From Flavobacterium sp. (lineage in GTDB: Bacteria; Bacteroidota; Bacteroidia; Flavobacteriales; Flavobacteriaceae): DNA of 48,813 nt. The stretch is taken from NCBI GenBank assembly GCA_051652385.1, contig JBOFUD010000535.1, positions 1 to 48,813 of the forward strand, given 5' to 3'. The translations under genes and the position numbers were made by a program. Positions 1 through 10,498 of this stretch are shown one piece after another. The notes beneath the pieces are model-generated. The model saw nothing but the letters and a program-made list of their open reading frames with translations, searched no databases and had not been told where the DNA came from. Positions within the stretch are counted from its first letter, which is position 1, and each line of letters opens with the position of its first letter.

Positions 1-311
1 CAACAAATCCACAAAGATCTTTTTTAAGATTGCCATTTTTTTTAGCAAGAGCTGACATTTTGAAGACAATCCGGGCTTCGATGGCAGCAATAATGAAAGG
101 GGAGAACCCCAACGCTGCTTTAGAAAGAATTGCAGATAAAACCAAAGCAGTTGTTTTAGCAGCTTTTGCCACAGGAGGATATGGCCAATGGAAGCCATTA
201 AGTCAGGTGACTGTTAATAGAAAAGGAAATGATACCATTTTAGTCGATACGGGTAAATTGGAAAAAGGAATTAAAAGCAAGGTGGTAATAAATGGCAATG
301 CCTCGAGTTGA
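1..311 (+). CDS. 3' part of a neck/head-tail joining protein (HK97 gp10-like / virion morphogenesis); gene starts at 48663 and wraps around
   Basis: Joined reading NEFGDGATNPQRSFLRLP...W.PLS..T...KG.D..LVDTG.L is typical of this neck family, and the frame is continuous across the window junction. Confidence 0.75.
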   Translation, partial: TNPQRSFLRLPFFLARADILKTIRASMAAIMKGENPNAALERIADKTKAVVLAAFATGGYGQWKPLSQVTVNRKGNDTILVDTGKLEKGIKSKVVINGNASS

Positions 312-636
312 TGATGCTCTACTAGATTGGATGCAGGACATCACTTTAATTAGAATATCACAGATAGTTAATAGCAACAGAGATGTAGAAGTGACTGAGA
401 CTCCAATAAAGTTTCAAGGAACAATACAGCCTTTAATGCCAAAAAAATTAATCCTTAACTCAGAAGGAGGTAGATTTTGGGCTTGGCAACAAATCCATAC
501 TCCTTTTGAGTTAGGCAAAGTCATTGATGATAATGATTTAGTTTCTTATAAAGGAAGAAAATTCAAAGTTATGTTAACAAATGACTACAGCTTGAATGGG
601 TATTTAGAATATCATTTGGTAGAGGCCTATGCTTAG
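292..636 (+). CDS. Head-closure / neck protein
   Basis: 114 aa, beta-rich, lies between neck genes and overlaps its neighbours. Confidence 0.55.
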   Translation: MAMPRVDDALLDWMQDITLIRISQIVNSNRDVEVTETPIKFQGTIQPLMPKKLILNSEGGRFWAWQQIHTPFELGKVIDDNDLVSYKGRKFKVMLTNDYSLNGYLEYHLVEAYA

Positions 637-1129
637 GGATGTAACTGCAATTTTAGGAGATATTCTGATTGACCAAATGGGCTTAGATACCCAAAGAGTA
701 TGGGCGTTTAATCAAGGTAAAATACAACCAAAAGATACTGGAATTTGGATTGTAATTGAATATTTGGCATCAAAACCAATTGCAACCAATCGCAGTTTCT
801 CTACAGATACTAATTTAAATACTGTAGAGACAATTGTGACAAATACTGAAGAGATGTACTCAATTCATGTATTTTCAAAAGATAACACTGCAAGGCAGAG
901 AAAAGAAGAAGTTTTGAATGCGTTAGCATCAACTTTTTCAGTCTCCCAACAAGAGCTAAATAGTTTCAAAATAGCTAAAGTAGTTCAAAGAATAAACAAT
1001 GCTTCGTACCTAGATGGAAGTGCAATGCTGAATAGATTCGTGATTGATACCAAGGTTTTAGCTTGGTATAAAACTACTAGGATTATTGATTACTATGACC
1101 GTTTTCCTACAACAATAATTACCAATTAA
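629..1129 (+). CDS. Tail terminator / neck protein
   Basis: 166 aa, immediately upstream of the sheath gene. Confidence 0.55.
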   Translation: MLRDVTAILGDILIDQMGLDTQRVWAFNQGKIQPKDTGIWIVIEYLASKPIATNRSFSTDTNLNTVETIVTNTEEMYSIHVFSKDNTARQRKEEVLNALASTFSVSQQELNSFKIAKVVQRINNASYLDGSAMLNRFVIDTKVLAWYKTTRIIDYYDRFPTTIITN

Positions 1130-1133
1130 AAAT

Positions 1134-2624
1134 ATGACAGTTTTAGATCTTTCTAATGTAATAAATGTTACCGTTACAGATGTACCAAGTGGGTTACCAA
1201 ATGTAAATATTAACAGTGTTGCCCTACTTACCAATGAACTCCCAAGCAATATTGATGACTATAGAGTCTATTTAAATTCTAGGGATGTTGCTACTGATTA
1301 TGGAACTAGCTCAGAAACTTATGCTTTAGCGAATGCAATTTTTAGCCAAAATCCAAATCTTTTAAGTGGTAAAGGTCAATTAGTAGTTGCCCCTATGGAG
1401 AGTGCAGTAAGTGCCACTTCGGGCTACTGGGACACACCAGATATTAGCGCAAACTTAGTTGCATTAATTGCAGTTACTGATGGTAAAATTAGAGTGACCT
1501 TAAATGGCACCAATAATGATTTAACAGGTTTGAATTTCACAAGATGCACAACCTTAGCAGATATAGCGGCTACTTTACAAAAAGTTCTACCAGACGCAAT
1601 TGTAACAGCTTCTTCTACAGCCATTAATTTCTTATCAAAAAAAGTAGGATTAACTGCCGATGTAGTGGTTGCACAATTGTCAGCAGGTGGAGGCACAGAT
1701 TTATCTGCCTCCGGATTATTACACACCTCAACTGGGACTGCCACTTCAGGCACAGATTCTAGTGGTGAAACAGTAGCTGAAGCTCTAATAAGAGTAGGCG
1801 CGCTAGTCTCTTTCGTTGGCTTTATTACTAACCTGCAAATTGAAGATGACTTAGTGGAAGAAACCGCCGCAGTTGTTCAACCTTTAAATTATATCTGGAT
1901 TCATACTTTTGCTTCAACAACTGATATGGCCGGAATTATCAATACCTGTGGGTTAGCAAGTTATTCAAAAAGTCGATTTGGTCTTTACACTTCTAATTTA
2001 GAAGATGCAAATCTATTTAGAGCAGCATATTTAGGTGGTAGATTCTCCGTTGATTTTTCAGCTTCGAGTACTTTCTCTACACCATTCTTGAAACAAATTG
2101 TAGGTTTAGCACCAGACTCAGGTATTACTCAGAATGTGTACAATCTAAGTCAAACTTATGGAACTTTCACTTATGATAATTTTGGCTACGCTGGATTATC
2201 AAACCCAAGATTTAACTCCGGTGGGATAATTGGTAAGTATTTTGATGAAGTTTATGGAGACCAATGGTTAGTATTTTCGTTAGCAGTTGCGGGTTTTAAC
2301 ACTCTTGCAGGCACTACGACTAGAATCCCACAAACTGAAGCAGGGATGGATTCAATCAAAGCAAATTTAATTAAAATTTTGAATCAAGGTGTTCGCGTTG
2401 GATTTATGGCGACTGGGCTGACTTGGAACTCTTCAAATACTTTTGGAGATCCAGCAACGTTAGTTGCGAGTGTAAAAGCGGTTGGATATTATATCTATAG
2501 CTTGCCAATTGCTGAGCAATCTCAAATTGATAGGGCTGCGAGGATTGCACCAACTATTCAAATTGCAGTTAAAAGAGCAGGTGGTATTCAAAAAGTATTT
2601 GTTTTAGTTTTAGCTGAAGCATAA
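1134..2624 (+). CDS. Tail sheath protein (DUF3383-like)
   Basis: 496 aa; N-term LSNVINVTV, VATDYGTSSETY; C-term IPQTEAG, GYYIY, R.AR.AP.IQIAVK.AGGI. Confidence 0.85.
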   Translation: MTVLDLSNVINVTVTDVPSGLPNVNINSVALLTNELPSNIDDYRVYLNSRDVATDYGTSSETYALANAIFSQNPNLLSGKGQLVVAPMESAVSATSGYWDTPDISANLVALIAVTDGKIRVTLNGTNNDLTGLNFTRCTTLADIAATLQKVLPDAIVTASSTAINFLSKKVGLTADVVVAQLSAGGGTDLSASGLLHTSTGTATSGTDSSGETVAEALIRVGALVSFVGFITNLQIEDDLVEETAAVVQPLNYIWIHTFASTTDMAGIINTCGLASYSKSRFGLYTSNLEDANLFRAAYLGGRFSVDFSASSTFSTPFLKQIVGLAPDSGITQNVYNLSQTYGTFTYDNFGYAGLSNPRFNSGGIIGKYFDEVYGDQWLVFSLAVAGFNTLAGTTTRIPQTEAGMDSIKANLIKILNQGVRVGFMATGLTWNSSNTFGDPATLVASVKAVGYYIYSLPIAEQSQIDRAARIAPTIQIAVKRAGGIQKVFVLVLAEA

Positions 2625-2647
2625 ATTAACCTTAAAATCATTGGAAA

Positions 2648-3118
2648 ATGCCAAGACAAATTAACTTAACAGGTGATGATACTATCACTATTATTCAAGG
2701 TGCCACAAGCAGAACTTTAGCAGATTTTGCTAATGGCACCGTTTCAACAGTAAGTAAGCCGGTAACAAATGCAACTAGATTAGTTGGTAAAGGTGGAAAT
2801 GGTATTGTTGCAAGAAACTATGAAGGCAACGCCGCTGATCAAACAATCCGTGTTTTGTCTAATTCACCAGATGACCAATATCTAAGTGCGCTTGTTGCTT
2901 CTTATGAGCAAAACCCAACTAGATTTGTTTTACTTGATTGTGTTTTTAATAAATCTTCGGGTGATGGCGCGGGCAATGTTTCTAGCAAAACATATACTTT
3001 AACCGCTGGATATATTAATAAGCAAGCAGATACTAGCTCAAACGTCTCAGGTGATGGTGAACAAGCGATTGCTAATTATGTTTTGGAATTTATTGATTCT
3101 ACAGTTAACTTTTCATAA
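2648..3118 (+). CDS. Tail tube protein
   Basis: 156 aa directly after the sheath; VGKGGNG and NSPDDQYL motifs. Confidence 0.75.
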   Translation: MPRQINLTGDDTITIIQGATSRTLADFANGTVSTVSKPVTNATRLVGKGGNGIVARNYEGNAADQTIRVLSNSPDDQYLSALVASYEQNPTRFVLLDCVFNKSSGDGAGNVSSKTYTLTAGYINKQADTSSNVSGDGEQAIANYVLEFIDSTVNFS

Positions 3119-3124
3119 TTAAAT

Positions 3125-3544
3125 ATGGCAATTATTAATGTACCAAGTGGCGCGAAAGTTGATATTAAAGATTCATCAACTGAAGAGGCCTTTGAACTTT
3201 ATGATGAAGTCACAAAAATTTTATTAGAAAGAAAATTAAGTCTTCACGATATTTTAATGGGGTATAGAAATATGATCCTAAAAAAGAATGAAGAAAGTGA
3301 TGGGACTATTTATTTTAGTGATATTTTGGCTATTGAAGGGGCTTCAGAAGCATTTATGCTTTTGACTTCTTCTAAAATAGTTAGGGATAAAGTTTTCAAG
3401 ACCCTATTACGCTGCACTTACAATGATGCTAAAATAACTCAAGCAACTTTTGAGAATAACCCGAAAGCCAAAGAGGACTATCAATACATATTTTTTGCGG
3501 CATTAAAGGAAAATTTAGCCCCTTTTTTCTCGTTCCTGCTCTAA
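3125..3544 (+). CDS. Tail assembly chaperone (gpG-like)
   Basis: Between tube and tape measure; ends over slippery heptamer T TTT TTC (3523-3529). Confidence 0.75.
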   Translation: MAIINVPSGAKVDIKDSSTEEAFELYDEVTKILLERKLSLHDILMGYRNMILKKNEESDGTIYFSDILAIEGASEAFMLLTSSKIVRDKVFKTLLRCTYNDAKITQATFENNPKAKEDYQYIFFAALKENLAPFFSFLL

Positions 3545-3771
3545 GGGTCAAAGCGTCTGGAACTAGTGAAGAAAGACCCAATGTAACCATCATTGACGAA
3601 ATGTCATGGATGGACAAGCTTTGTCTTCGATTAGCTTCAAAAGGATGGTGTGGGGGAGATCCGCACGCAATTTCCAAATTACCAGTAAGTTGGGTATTTA
3701 AAATGTCTGGCTACCAAACATTTAATCAAGATTTAGCACATGAAATTTATTTAAATTCAAAGAATCAATGA
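3523..3771 (+). CDS. -1 frameshift extension of the tail chaperone (gpGT-like); not in the ORF track
   Basis: -1 frame is open from the slippery site to TGA 3769-3771 (FFLVPALRVK...LRLASKGWCGGDP...KNQ*), overlapping the tape-measure ATG. Confidence 0.75.
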   Translation, partial: FFLVPALRVKASGTSEERPNVTIIDEMSWMDKLCLRLASKGWCGGDPHAISKLPVSWVFKMSGYQTFNQDLAHEIYLNSKNQ

Positions 3772-5291
3772 GTACTCCCGTAGATGATTTAACCATAGAC
3801 ATAAACATTGAAGGGGATGGTGGCAAGAAAATTGATGCCATTATTGGCAAGTTCAAGACTCTTAATGTTGAAGTCGGAAAATTAAACAAATCACTAAAAT
3901 CCACTGATTCAGGCTTCAGCATGAAAGGGCCATCAGTTGGTTCAACTTCTAGTGCAGCAGCGAAAACCCCCAAAGAAAAAACAGAATTACAGGTAAGAGC
4001 AGAGAGCCTTAAAATGGCGCGTCTTGAATTAGGAGAAAAGCGTGTAGCAATCTCTAATCAAAAAATCAAAGAAAATCAAGACAAAAAAGAAGAAAAAGAA
4101 GAAGACAAACGCCGAAAAGAAAGAGACAAAGATGCCAAAAAATTCTTCGGAACTATTCAATCCGGCTTTAAAGATACTGCTAAAATTGCTTTAGGTGCAA
4201 TTGGTGCAGGCACAGGCATAGTGGGCATTGGCATTGCTGCTGCCAGCCAAGCGCAAGGCATCGCAAGTGCGGGCTCCCAGCAAGGTATTAACTCACAAAG
4301 TCTCCAAAGATGGCGAAATGTTTTAACCCAAGCAGGAGGCATTGGTTCGGAAGGGGCAACTCAAGAGATTGTAAATTTACAAGCAAAATTAAATCAAAAC
4401 CAATATACAGGAGAGTTAGTTCAAGGTCTATCTCAATTGAATTTACCGGCAGATACTAAAGATGTTTTTGCCTTGATGGATGCTTTGCGTACTAAGTCTA
4501 CAGACTTAGCACCCGGCATTAGGACGGGGCTTTTTGGGCAATTAGGTATTTCACCGGGAGCAGTTAACGCTTTTAACCCAGAAACTTTTTCGGATAAACA
4601 ATTCCAAGAAGCGTATAATTTACCCATTTTAAGTGATGAAGCTCTCGAGTCTAATAAGAAATTAGTAATTGCGCTAGATAAGTTACGGATTATTTTTGAG
4701 AACACTATTGGGAAGTTATTAAGCAAGGCAGAACCAAAAATTTCTAAAATATCTGATGCTTACTCACATCCAGAAATCCCAGAGAACGCTGCAAAAATAA
4801 AGAATATGCAGCTCTCCGCCCAGAAATATGGTCTTATGGGCGCGGGAATAGGCGCGTTGGGGGGCCTCTTTGGAGTTGCCATTGGGGGAGTGGGGGGGGC
4901 GGCGTATGGAATGATCCATAATGCAGAAGGCATTGGTCCTCATTCGGTTAATACTCTCAATTTAAAGAGGGCGAACAAAGGGAATAAACTTAATGGTAAT
5001 TCATTTTTTAAAATTAGAAGAATAGGAGGAAATGATGAAGAAGAGGGGCAAATGATTGCACCAAACTTTGATGATTCAGGAGCCCAAATTAATGTCCCTT
5101 TACCTACAATTGCTGAGGCAATTAGATCAACAAGCATTCATAATGACAATTCACAAATTATTAATAATGTAAAGGTAGAGTATAATGGGGGCACTAGGGA
5201 GCAAGCCGAAAAATTCGCTAGAGATATTCCAACACATTTTATATTACAAAAACCAGCGAGTCAGTATGATTCTAAACCAACAGGGCAATAA
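3768..5291 (+). CDS. Tape measure protein
   Basis: 507 aa, Ala/Gly-rich hydrophobic stretches and charged coiled coil; follows the chaperone. Confidence 0.75.
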   Translation: MSTPVDDLTIDINIEGDGGKKIDAIIGKFKTLNVEVGKLNKSLKSTDSGFSMKGPSVGSTSSAAAKTPKEKTELQVRAESLKMARLELGEKRVAISNQKIKENQDKKEEKEEDKRRKERDKDAKKFFGTIQSGFKDTAKIALGAIGAGTGIVGIGIAAASQAQGIASAGSQQGINSQSLQRWRNVLTQAGGIGSEGATQEIVNLQAKLNQNQYTGELVQGLSQLNLPADTKDVFALMDALRTKSTDLAPGIRTGLFGQLGISPGAVNAFNPETFSDKQFQEAYNLPILSDEALESNKKLVIALDKLRIIFENTIGKLLSKAEPKISKISDAYSHPEIPENAAKIKNMQLSAQKYGLMGAGIGALGGLFGVAIGGVGGAAYGMIHNAEGIGPHSVNTLNLKRANKGNKLNGNSFFKIRRIGGNDEEEGQMIAPNFDDSGAQINVPLPTIAEAIRSTSIHNDNSQIINNVKVEYNGGTREQAEKFARDIPTHFILQKPASQYDSKPTGQ

Positions 5292-6082
5292 TGTTTAATC
5301 AAATCCCAACCGCAGATCAAATAACCAATACTTTAGGGGTAACCAACAGCTTGGTTAATCAGTATATTGTTGCGCCTGTCCAAGGACTAGGTATTGCAGG
5401 ATTCAAACTTTCCATAACCAAAATTGAAGAATCAGAATTTGATTCGGATGTAACGGATTATTTTGTGGAGGACAATAGTTCAAGACAAAACCATATTGCG
5501 TTGAAACCAGAAATGTACACAATTCAAGGACAGATTGGTGAATTAGTGTATTTAAAAATTGATAAAGTTGGCACCCTTGGAAAAGCAACAGCAAAATTGA
5601 CTCAATTGAATGCTTATTTGCCTACTTTGTCAGATAGTGTGTCTCTAGCGCAAGCAGCCATCACTGACGCGCAGACAGCTAATAGTGTTTCTGGGTATAT
5701 AAACTCCTCGGTTACAACGGGCGTGGACTTGTACCAAACTTTTAAGAGATTGAACCCACCTAGCACTAATCAAGCAAAAGGCTACAACTATTTCTTAGCA
5801 TTAAGAAATGCGCGCCAATTGATCAGTTTTGAGACACCTTGGGGTTTCAAATCTAACTATGTCATTAAAAATTTCAAATTTACACAACCAGAAAAAACAG
5901 ATGGGCTAAGTGAAGTTGTTCTGGTCATGAAAGAATACCGTAAAGCGGTGACAAGAATTGTGCCATTTGATGCTGCAAAATTTCAAAATAGAGCAGCGGG
6001 GCAACAATCTAGCATAATTGACAAAGGCACTTCTTCAGGTGTTAAAGTCGATTTTAATACTCAACTTCAATCAGTTTTATGA
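5291..6082 (+). CDS. Baseplate / tail tube initiator protein
   Basis: VTDYFVEDNS..QNHIALKP motif; position after tape measure. Confidence 0.65.
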   Translation: MFNQIPTADQITNTLGVTNSLVNQYIVAPVQGLGIAGFKLSITKIEESEFDSDVTDYFVEDNSSRQNHIALKPEMYTIQGQIGELVYLKIDKVGTLGKATAKLTQLNAYLPTLSDSVSLAQAAITDAQTANSVSGYINSSVTTGVDLYQTFKRLNPPSTNQAKGYNYFLALRNARQLISFETPWGFKSNYVIKNFKFTQPEKTDGLSEVVLVMKEYRKAVTRIVPFDAAKFQNRAAGQQSSIIDKGTSSGVKVDFNTQLQSVL

Positions 6083-6438
6083 GATTAGTAACCCAAATTT
6101 CGGATGATTTTAAACAAGCTTTCAGAATCACAACTGAAGATAACATAACTTTTGATTTCTCTCTTTCTTACAATGAGAACAGGCAACAATGGTTCTGGGG
6201 GCTGACTTACAACAACATTACCATCAACGGGCAAGGATTAGTAATTGATCCGAGTTTTTTAAGAAGATTTGTTGCGTATCTACCTTTTGGTATGGCGTGT
6301 TATGCCACGGGTGCTCAAGTTGACCCTTATTTATTAAATGATTTTATCACAGGCAGAATCCAGATTTACACCATGACCTTGGCGGAAGTCGAGCTTTTGG
6401 AATTAGAACTATATAAAACAGTGCCGGTAATTACATGA
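6079..6438 (+). CDS. Small baseplate protein
   Basis: 119 aa, Q.F...L.YN...QQWF pattern; synteny. Confidence 0.55.
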   Translation: MRLVTQISDDFKQAFRITTEDNITFDFSLSYNENRQQWFWGLTYNNITINGQGLVIDPSFLRRFVAYLPFGMACYATGAQVDPYLLNDFITGRIQIYTMTLAEVELLELELYKTVPVIT

Positions 6439-7352
6439 GCAAAGATCAAAAGAATTATAAATTAACAATTCAAGATCCGTTGGCTACACAAGCAGCTAAA
6501 CAACTCGCAACAGAAATTAGCTATCCTTTGCAGTTAGATTTTGATGTAAGCAGGGCGATTGGAGGAGCGCTTAAGAATGAGGCAACTTTCAAGATTTATA
6601 ATTTGGCTGAAACTACTCAGGCAGGGTTAGTCAAAGACCGCTTTAATATCCCAATTTTTGGATCTACGCCGGGGTTTAGGTTTGTTTCGTTAGAGGCTGG
6701 TTACCAAAAAAATCTTTATCCGGTATTTCAAGGCAATTTGATGGAAGGTTTTTCTTACCGAAGCGGAGTGAACATGGTGACACAATTACACTCAATATGT
6801 GGCGCATATGGCATTTTTAACTCTTTTATAAATAAAACTTATGGATCAAACACCTTGAAACAGGATGTTTTAAATGACATAGTTCAGCAGTTGATTGTAG
6901 AAGGAAATATTGAAAAAGGAGCTATAACACCTATTGATGGAGAATTTACCACTGGTTACACTGCAATGGGCAATGCTTTTGATATTTTAACGGAACAGTT
7001 TGGGTATGTTTTTGTTGATTTGAATAAAATAAATATATTAAAAGCCAATGAAGTTATCAATAAACTTCTGGGCGGAAAAGTCTTTCTCATTGAAGCAGAT
7101 ACCGGGCTACTCGGTACCCCGCTTCGCAGAGAAACTTTTTTAGAAGTCAGAATAATGTTTGAACCCCAGATTCAATTAGGGCAGTTAGTAGAAATAAAAT
7201 CTCTAACTGACACCAGATTTAATGGGCAGTATAAAGTGTATGGGATCAACCATAGTGGATCAATTGGAGCAGCAGGTGATAAAGAAACAGTCACTACTCT
7301 TCAATTATGGTTGGGTTATCAATTGGCAAATGGGTTTACAGCAATAACATGA
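6435..7352 (+). CDS. Baseplate hub protein
   Basis: 305 aa; N.ATFKIYNLA, LEAGY, TGLLGTP, NGQYKV..I.H.G motifs. Confidence 0.75.
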   Translation: MSKDQKNYKLTIQDPLATQAAKQLATEISYPLQLDFDVSRAIGGALKNEATFKIYNLAETTQAGLVKDRFNIPIFGSTPGFRFVSLEAGYQKNLYPVFQGNLMEGFSYRSGVNMVTQLHSICGAYGIFNSFINKTYGSNTLKQDVLNDIVQQLIVEGNIEKGAITPIDGEFTTGYTAMGNAFDILTEQFGYVFVDLNKINILKANEVINKLLGGKVFLIEADTGLLGTPLRRETFLEVRIMFEPQIQLGQLVEIKSLTDTRFNGQYKVYGINHSGSIGAAGDKETVTTLQLWLGYQLANGFTAIT

Positions 7353-8116
7353 CAAAAACAAGCACGTTACCACAATCACAATTAGTACCAATTTCGGCGC
7401 CAAATATTGATGACAACTTTTCAGCTTTAAAGCAAGAAATTTTTGCCATGTTAAATTGTCATAGGGTGGGCACAATTGAGTCTTTTGACCCAGCGACACA
7501 AACTGCTACTATCCAATTAGTGGATGCTTGGACACAGAACACATATAATGGTAGTTTTTCGCAGCCGATTGCACCACTGATTAAATGCCCGATTGTTATT
7601 TTAAAAGGATCAAAAGGGGGGTTCACTTCCCCAATTAACGCCGGAGATCAATGCTTAGTAATTTTTAACGATAGGGATTTAGAGAATTGGCAAAAAGCAG
7701 GGGGAGAATTTCAGATACCAGCTACTGCTAGAATGCACAGTATCACAGATGCTTTTGCAATTGTAGGGGTCCGATCATTATCCAACCCGATTGCGGATTT
7801 TAATAATGAAGCTTCAGAATTAGATTATATTGATGCTGATCAGGTCAGAAGAGGAGTTTTAAGTCTGAGTGAAGATGTAGCAGAGTTTAAATATATTGAT
7901 GTAGTGGGGATTGATCAAGCACAAGTGAATTTAGATTCAAAAGTGGAAATTAAGAATGCAACAAAAAATTTAAAAACATTGATTGATCAATTTATAGCCA
8001 TTATTATAAATTTAAAAACGACCCCCGATGGAGGCGTTACTTTATTCCCCATCGACTCAACTACGACTACAAGCTTAAACACCCTATTAACCGAAGTTGA
8101 TGCTTTATTAAAATGA
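7349..8116 (+). CDS. Baseplate central spike (Gp138-like N-terminal domain)
   Basis: GTIESFD..TQTA, PI..GD.CLVIFNDRD...W, RMHS.TDAFAIVG; ATG at 7349 preferred (ATGA overlap). Confidence 0.8.
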   Translation: MTKTSTLPQSQLVPISAPNIDDNFSALKQEIFAMLNCHRVGTIESFDPATQTATIQLVDAWTQNTYNGSFSQPIAPLIKCPIVILKGSKGGFTSPINAGDQCLVIFNDRDLENWQKAGGEFQIPATARMHSITDAFAIVGVRSLSNPIADFNNEASELDYIDADQVRRGVLSLSEDVAEFKYIDVVGIDQAQVNLDSKVEIKNATKNLKTLIDQFIAIIINLKTTPDGGVTLFPIDSTTTTSLNTLLTEVDALLK

Positions 8117-8460
8117 AAATAAGAGGATTAGATTCCAATGACGATTGGGTTTTTGGACAAGGGTTAAATTCCTACAATACCAACCAAGCGGCGATTGAGC
8201 AAAATATTAAGACTAAAATTCTTGAGTGGAAGAATGATTGTTTTTTCAACCAAGAGGCGGGTATCGACTGGGTCAATAGACTTGGGTCTTCGGATGTGGA
8301 TGGACTAGATACTGCTTTAAAAAATTTAATAGCTTCCTGTTATGGGGTCACAGCATTAATTGAAGTTAATCTGGATTTCACTGATCGAGTTTTTTCAGTC
8401 AGCTATACCATTAACACTATTTTTTCAACCAATGTGCAAAACACAATTACTAATTCATAG
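8113..8460 (+). CDS. Baseplate wedge / sheath initiator protein
   Basis: R.LD..DDW.FGQG...Y and W..DCFF....GIDW motifs. Confidence 0.7.
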   Translation: MKIRGLDSNDDWVFGQGLNSYNTNQAAIEQNIKTKILEWKNDCFFNQEAGIDWVNRLGSSDVDGLDTALKNLIASCYGVTALIEVNLDFTDRVFSVSYTINTIFSTNVQNTITNS

Positions 8461-8462
8461 AT

Positions 8463-9668
8463 ATGAGCACTTTAAATAGTTCTGGTCTAACCATTGATAG
8501 TTTGGCGGATTTGATTGCGAAATTTACTGCGTCTTATGAGTCAATTTATGGTTTAGATATTAATTTAGATAGCAACAGCCCTGATGGGCAAATGATGAAT
8601 ATCTATGCCCTACAAGCAGAAGATATTTTGCAATTAGTTCAAGGTATTTACAATGACTTTGATCCAGACACCGCAGCGGGTTTGGCGCAGGATCGACTTT
8701 ATTATTTAAATGGATTGATCAGGAAAGGGGCGAGTTATTCCTACCTTGATGTGGCCATTGTAACTAATAGAGCGTTGACTTTGCAAGGCTTAGATGCTAG
8801 TGCGGATTTACCGAATGGAACGGGATATACTGTTAAAGATAACACAGGAACCCAATGGATTTTGCTATCTTCACAAAGCCCGGTTGCTGCGGGTACTTAC
8901 ACTTACAGTTTTCGCGCGCAGAATTTAGGAGTAGTGAATAGCTCACCTAGTACAGTAACATTACCAGTATCAGTAATATTAGGGGTTGTCTCAATTAACA
9001 ACCCAAGTAGTGCGGTTACAGTTGGTGCGGCGGGAGAACTTGATGCGGCTTTTAGGCTGAGAAGATCGAGGTCCTATGCAATCCGCGCAACAGGTTCAGC
9101 TGATTCAATGTTTGCGAATATCAGTAATCTGCCGAGTGTTGTTGACTGTAAGGTCTATCAAAATTTTACAAATGCAACTGATGCTGATGGGATTCCAGCA
9201 AAATCAATTTGGGTAATTGTAGATGGTGGATCCAATGCAGATATTGCTCAGCAGATCTATGCACAACACGGATATGGGGATATGAAAGGCAGTGTTACCT
9301 ATAATATCACAACTATCCAAAATCAAATTTTTACCGCCAGATTTGATAGACCAATCGCTGAAGATCTCTATTTAAAATTTAATTTGAAACCAACTAGAGC
9401 TGGTCAAACTTTTGACCTAACAGCTATAGCAAATTTCATTTCTAGCTCGGTAGTAAATGACAATGTGTATCAAATTGGATCTTTTGCAGACACTGCAAAT
9501 TTGACGTATATTTCATCCCTAGCGATTATTGCGCAGGGTAATCAAGCAGTCCCACTCGATGTTTTTATATCAAATGATGGAGTTACTTGGACTGATTATC
9601 TGGACACAACCAGCGTTCAACACAAATTCGTTCTTGATGCAGGAAATATTGCAATTACGGAGGTATAA
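8463..9668 (+). CDS. Baseplate J-like protein
   Basis: 401 aa; IYG.DINLDSNSPDGQ, DPDTA.G, E.DA.FRLRR, GIP..SIWVIVDGG. Confidence 0.85.
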   Translation: MSTLNSSGLTIDSLADLIAKFTASYESIYGLDINLDSNSPDGQMMNIYALQAEDILQLVQGIYNDFDPDTAAGLAQDRLYYLNGLIRKGASYSYLDVAIVTNRALTLQGLDASADLPNGTGYTVKDNTGTQWILLSSQSPVAAGTYTYSFRAQNLGVVNSSPSTVTLPVSVILGVVSINNPSSAVTVGAAGELDAAFRLRRSRSYAIRATGSADSMFANISNLPSVVDCKVYQNFTNATDADGIPAKSIWVIVDGGSNADIAQQIYAQHGYGDMKGSVTYNITTIQNQIFTARFDRPIAEDLYLKFNLKPTRAGQTFDLTAIANFISSSVVNDNVYQIGSFADTANLTYISSLAIIAQGNQAVPLDVFISNDGVTWTDYLDTTSVQHKFVLDAGNIAITEV

Positions 9669-10402
9669 TGGCAACAGTTGAAGACCTAGCTAATTATTAC
9701 GCAAATCTCTTAATTATTCAGTACGCAAGCAAGGAAAAGGCTGTTGCAACAATTAAAGGCAATGCGACCATTCTAGCCATAGATAATATTGAATTTGATG
9801 TTAGCGCAGGCTTTGATTTGAATACTGCCGTTGGAAAACAGTTAGATATAATTGGAAAATGGGTAGGCATTGATAGATCATATAAAGGGGGGTTAATTCC
9901 AGAGAATGTTTTTGGAATGGTCAGATATGGGCAGGATAGAAATGGCACTGGGCAAAGAGGTTTTAAAAGATACGGCGAAGACAAAGCCGGATTTTTCTTA
10001 ACTTATGAAGACACCGCAGGAGAAAATCTTTTGACGGATGAGGATTACCGAATTTTATTAAAGCTTCAAATTGTGAGTAACAACAGTGAGTGTACCCACA
10101 AATCAATAGATGAACAGCTCTATCAATTTTTTGGTGACACAGTCATTGCATCAACAGCTAATCAGATGGACATTACTTATTTTATTAATGTTGATAACCG
10201 CGCAGGATTAATAAGCGTTATTTTAGAAAAGAATGCGTTGCCTGTTCCATTAGCAGTAAAAGTGAAAGCAATTACCTATTTTAATGAGCCTTATTTTGGA
10301 TTTGTTAGATATGGTACAGATGTTATCTCCGGCACTCTGAAAACAGGTTTTAAAAGGTATGGTGAAGATCGCGCTGGACGCACTTTAGTTTATGGAAATT
10401 AG
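9668..10402 (+). CDS. Baseplate wedge protein (DUF2612-like)
   Basis: Y.NLLIIQY..K.KA, FDL.TAVGKQLDIIGKWVG..R, L.D.DYR.LLK. Confidence 0.8.
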   Translation: MATVEDLANYYANLLIIQYASKEKAVATIKGNATILAIDNIEFDVSAGFDLNTAVGKQLDIIGKWVGIDRSYKGGLIPENVFGMVRYGQDRNGTGQRGFKRYGEDKAGFFLTYEDTAGENLLTDEDYRILLKLQIVSNNSECTHKSIDEQLYQFFGDTVIASTANQMDITYFINVDNRAGLISVILEKNALPVPLAVKVKAITYFNEPYFGFVRYGTDVISGTLKTGFKRYGEDRAGRTLVYGN

Positions 10403-10404
10403 AA

Positions 10405-10434
10405 TTGACAATGGGGTCAAAAAAGTTGTAAATT
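10405..10434 (+). promoter_or_regulatory. Candidate promoter upstream of the tail fibre, with an overlapping inverted repeat
   Basis: TTGACA-18 nt-TAAATT; TTGAC-N6-GTCAA palindrome at 10405-10420. Confidence 0.45.
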
Positions 10435-10498
10435 TCAATCCTATAAACACTTTTAGTAAATAATCAATACGGAAAATTAAAATAATTTAATAATAGAT

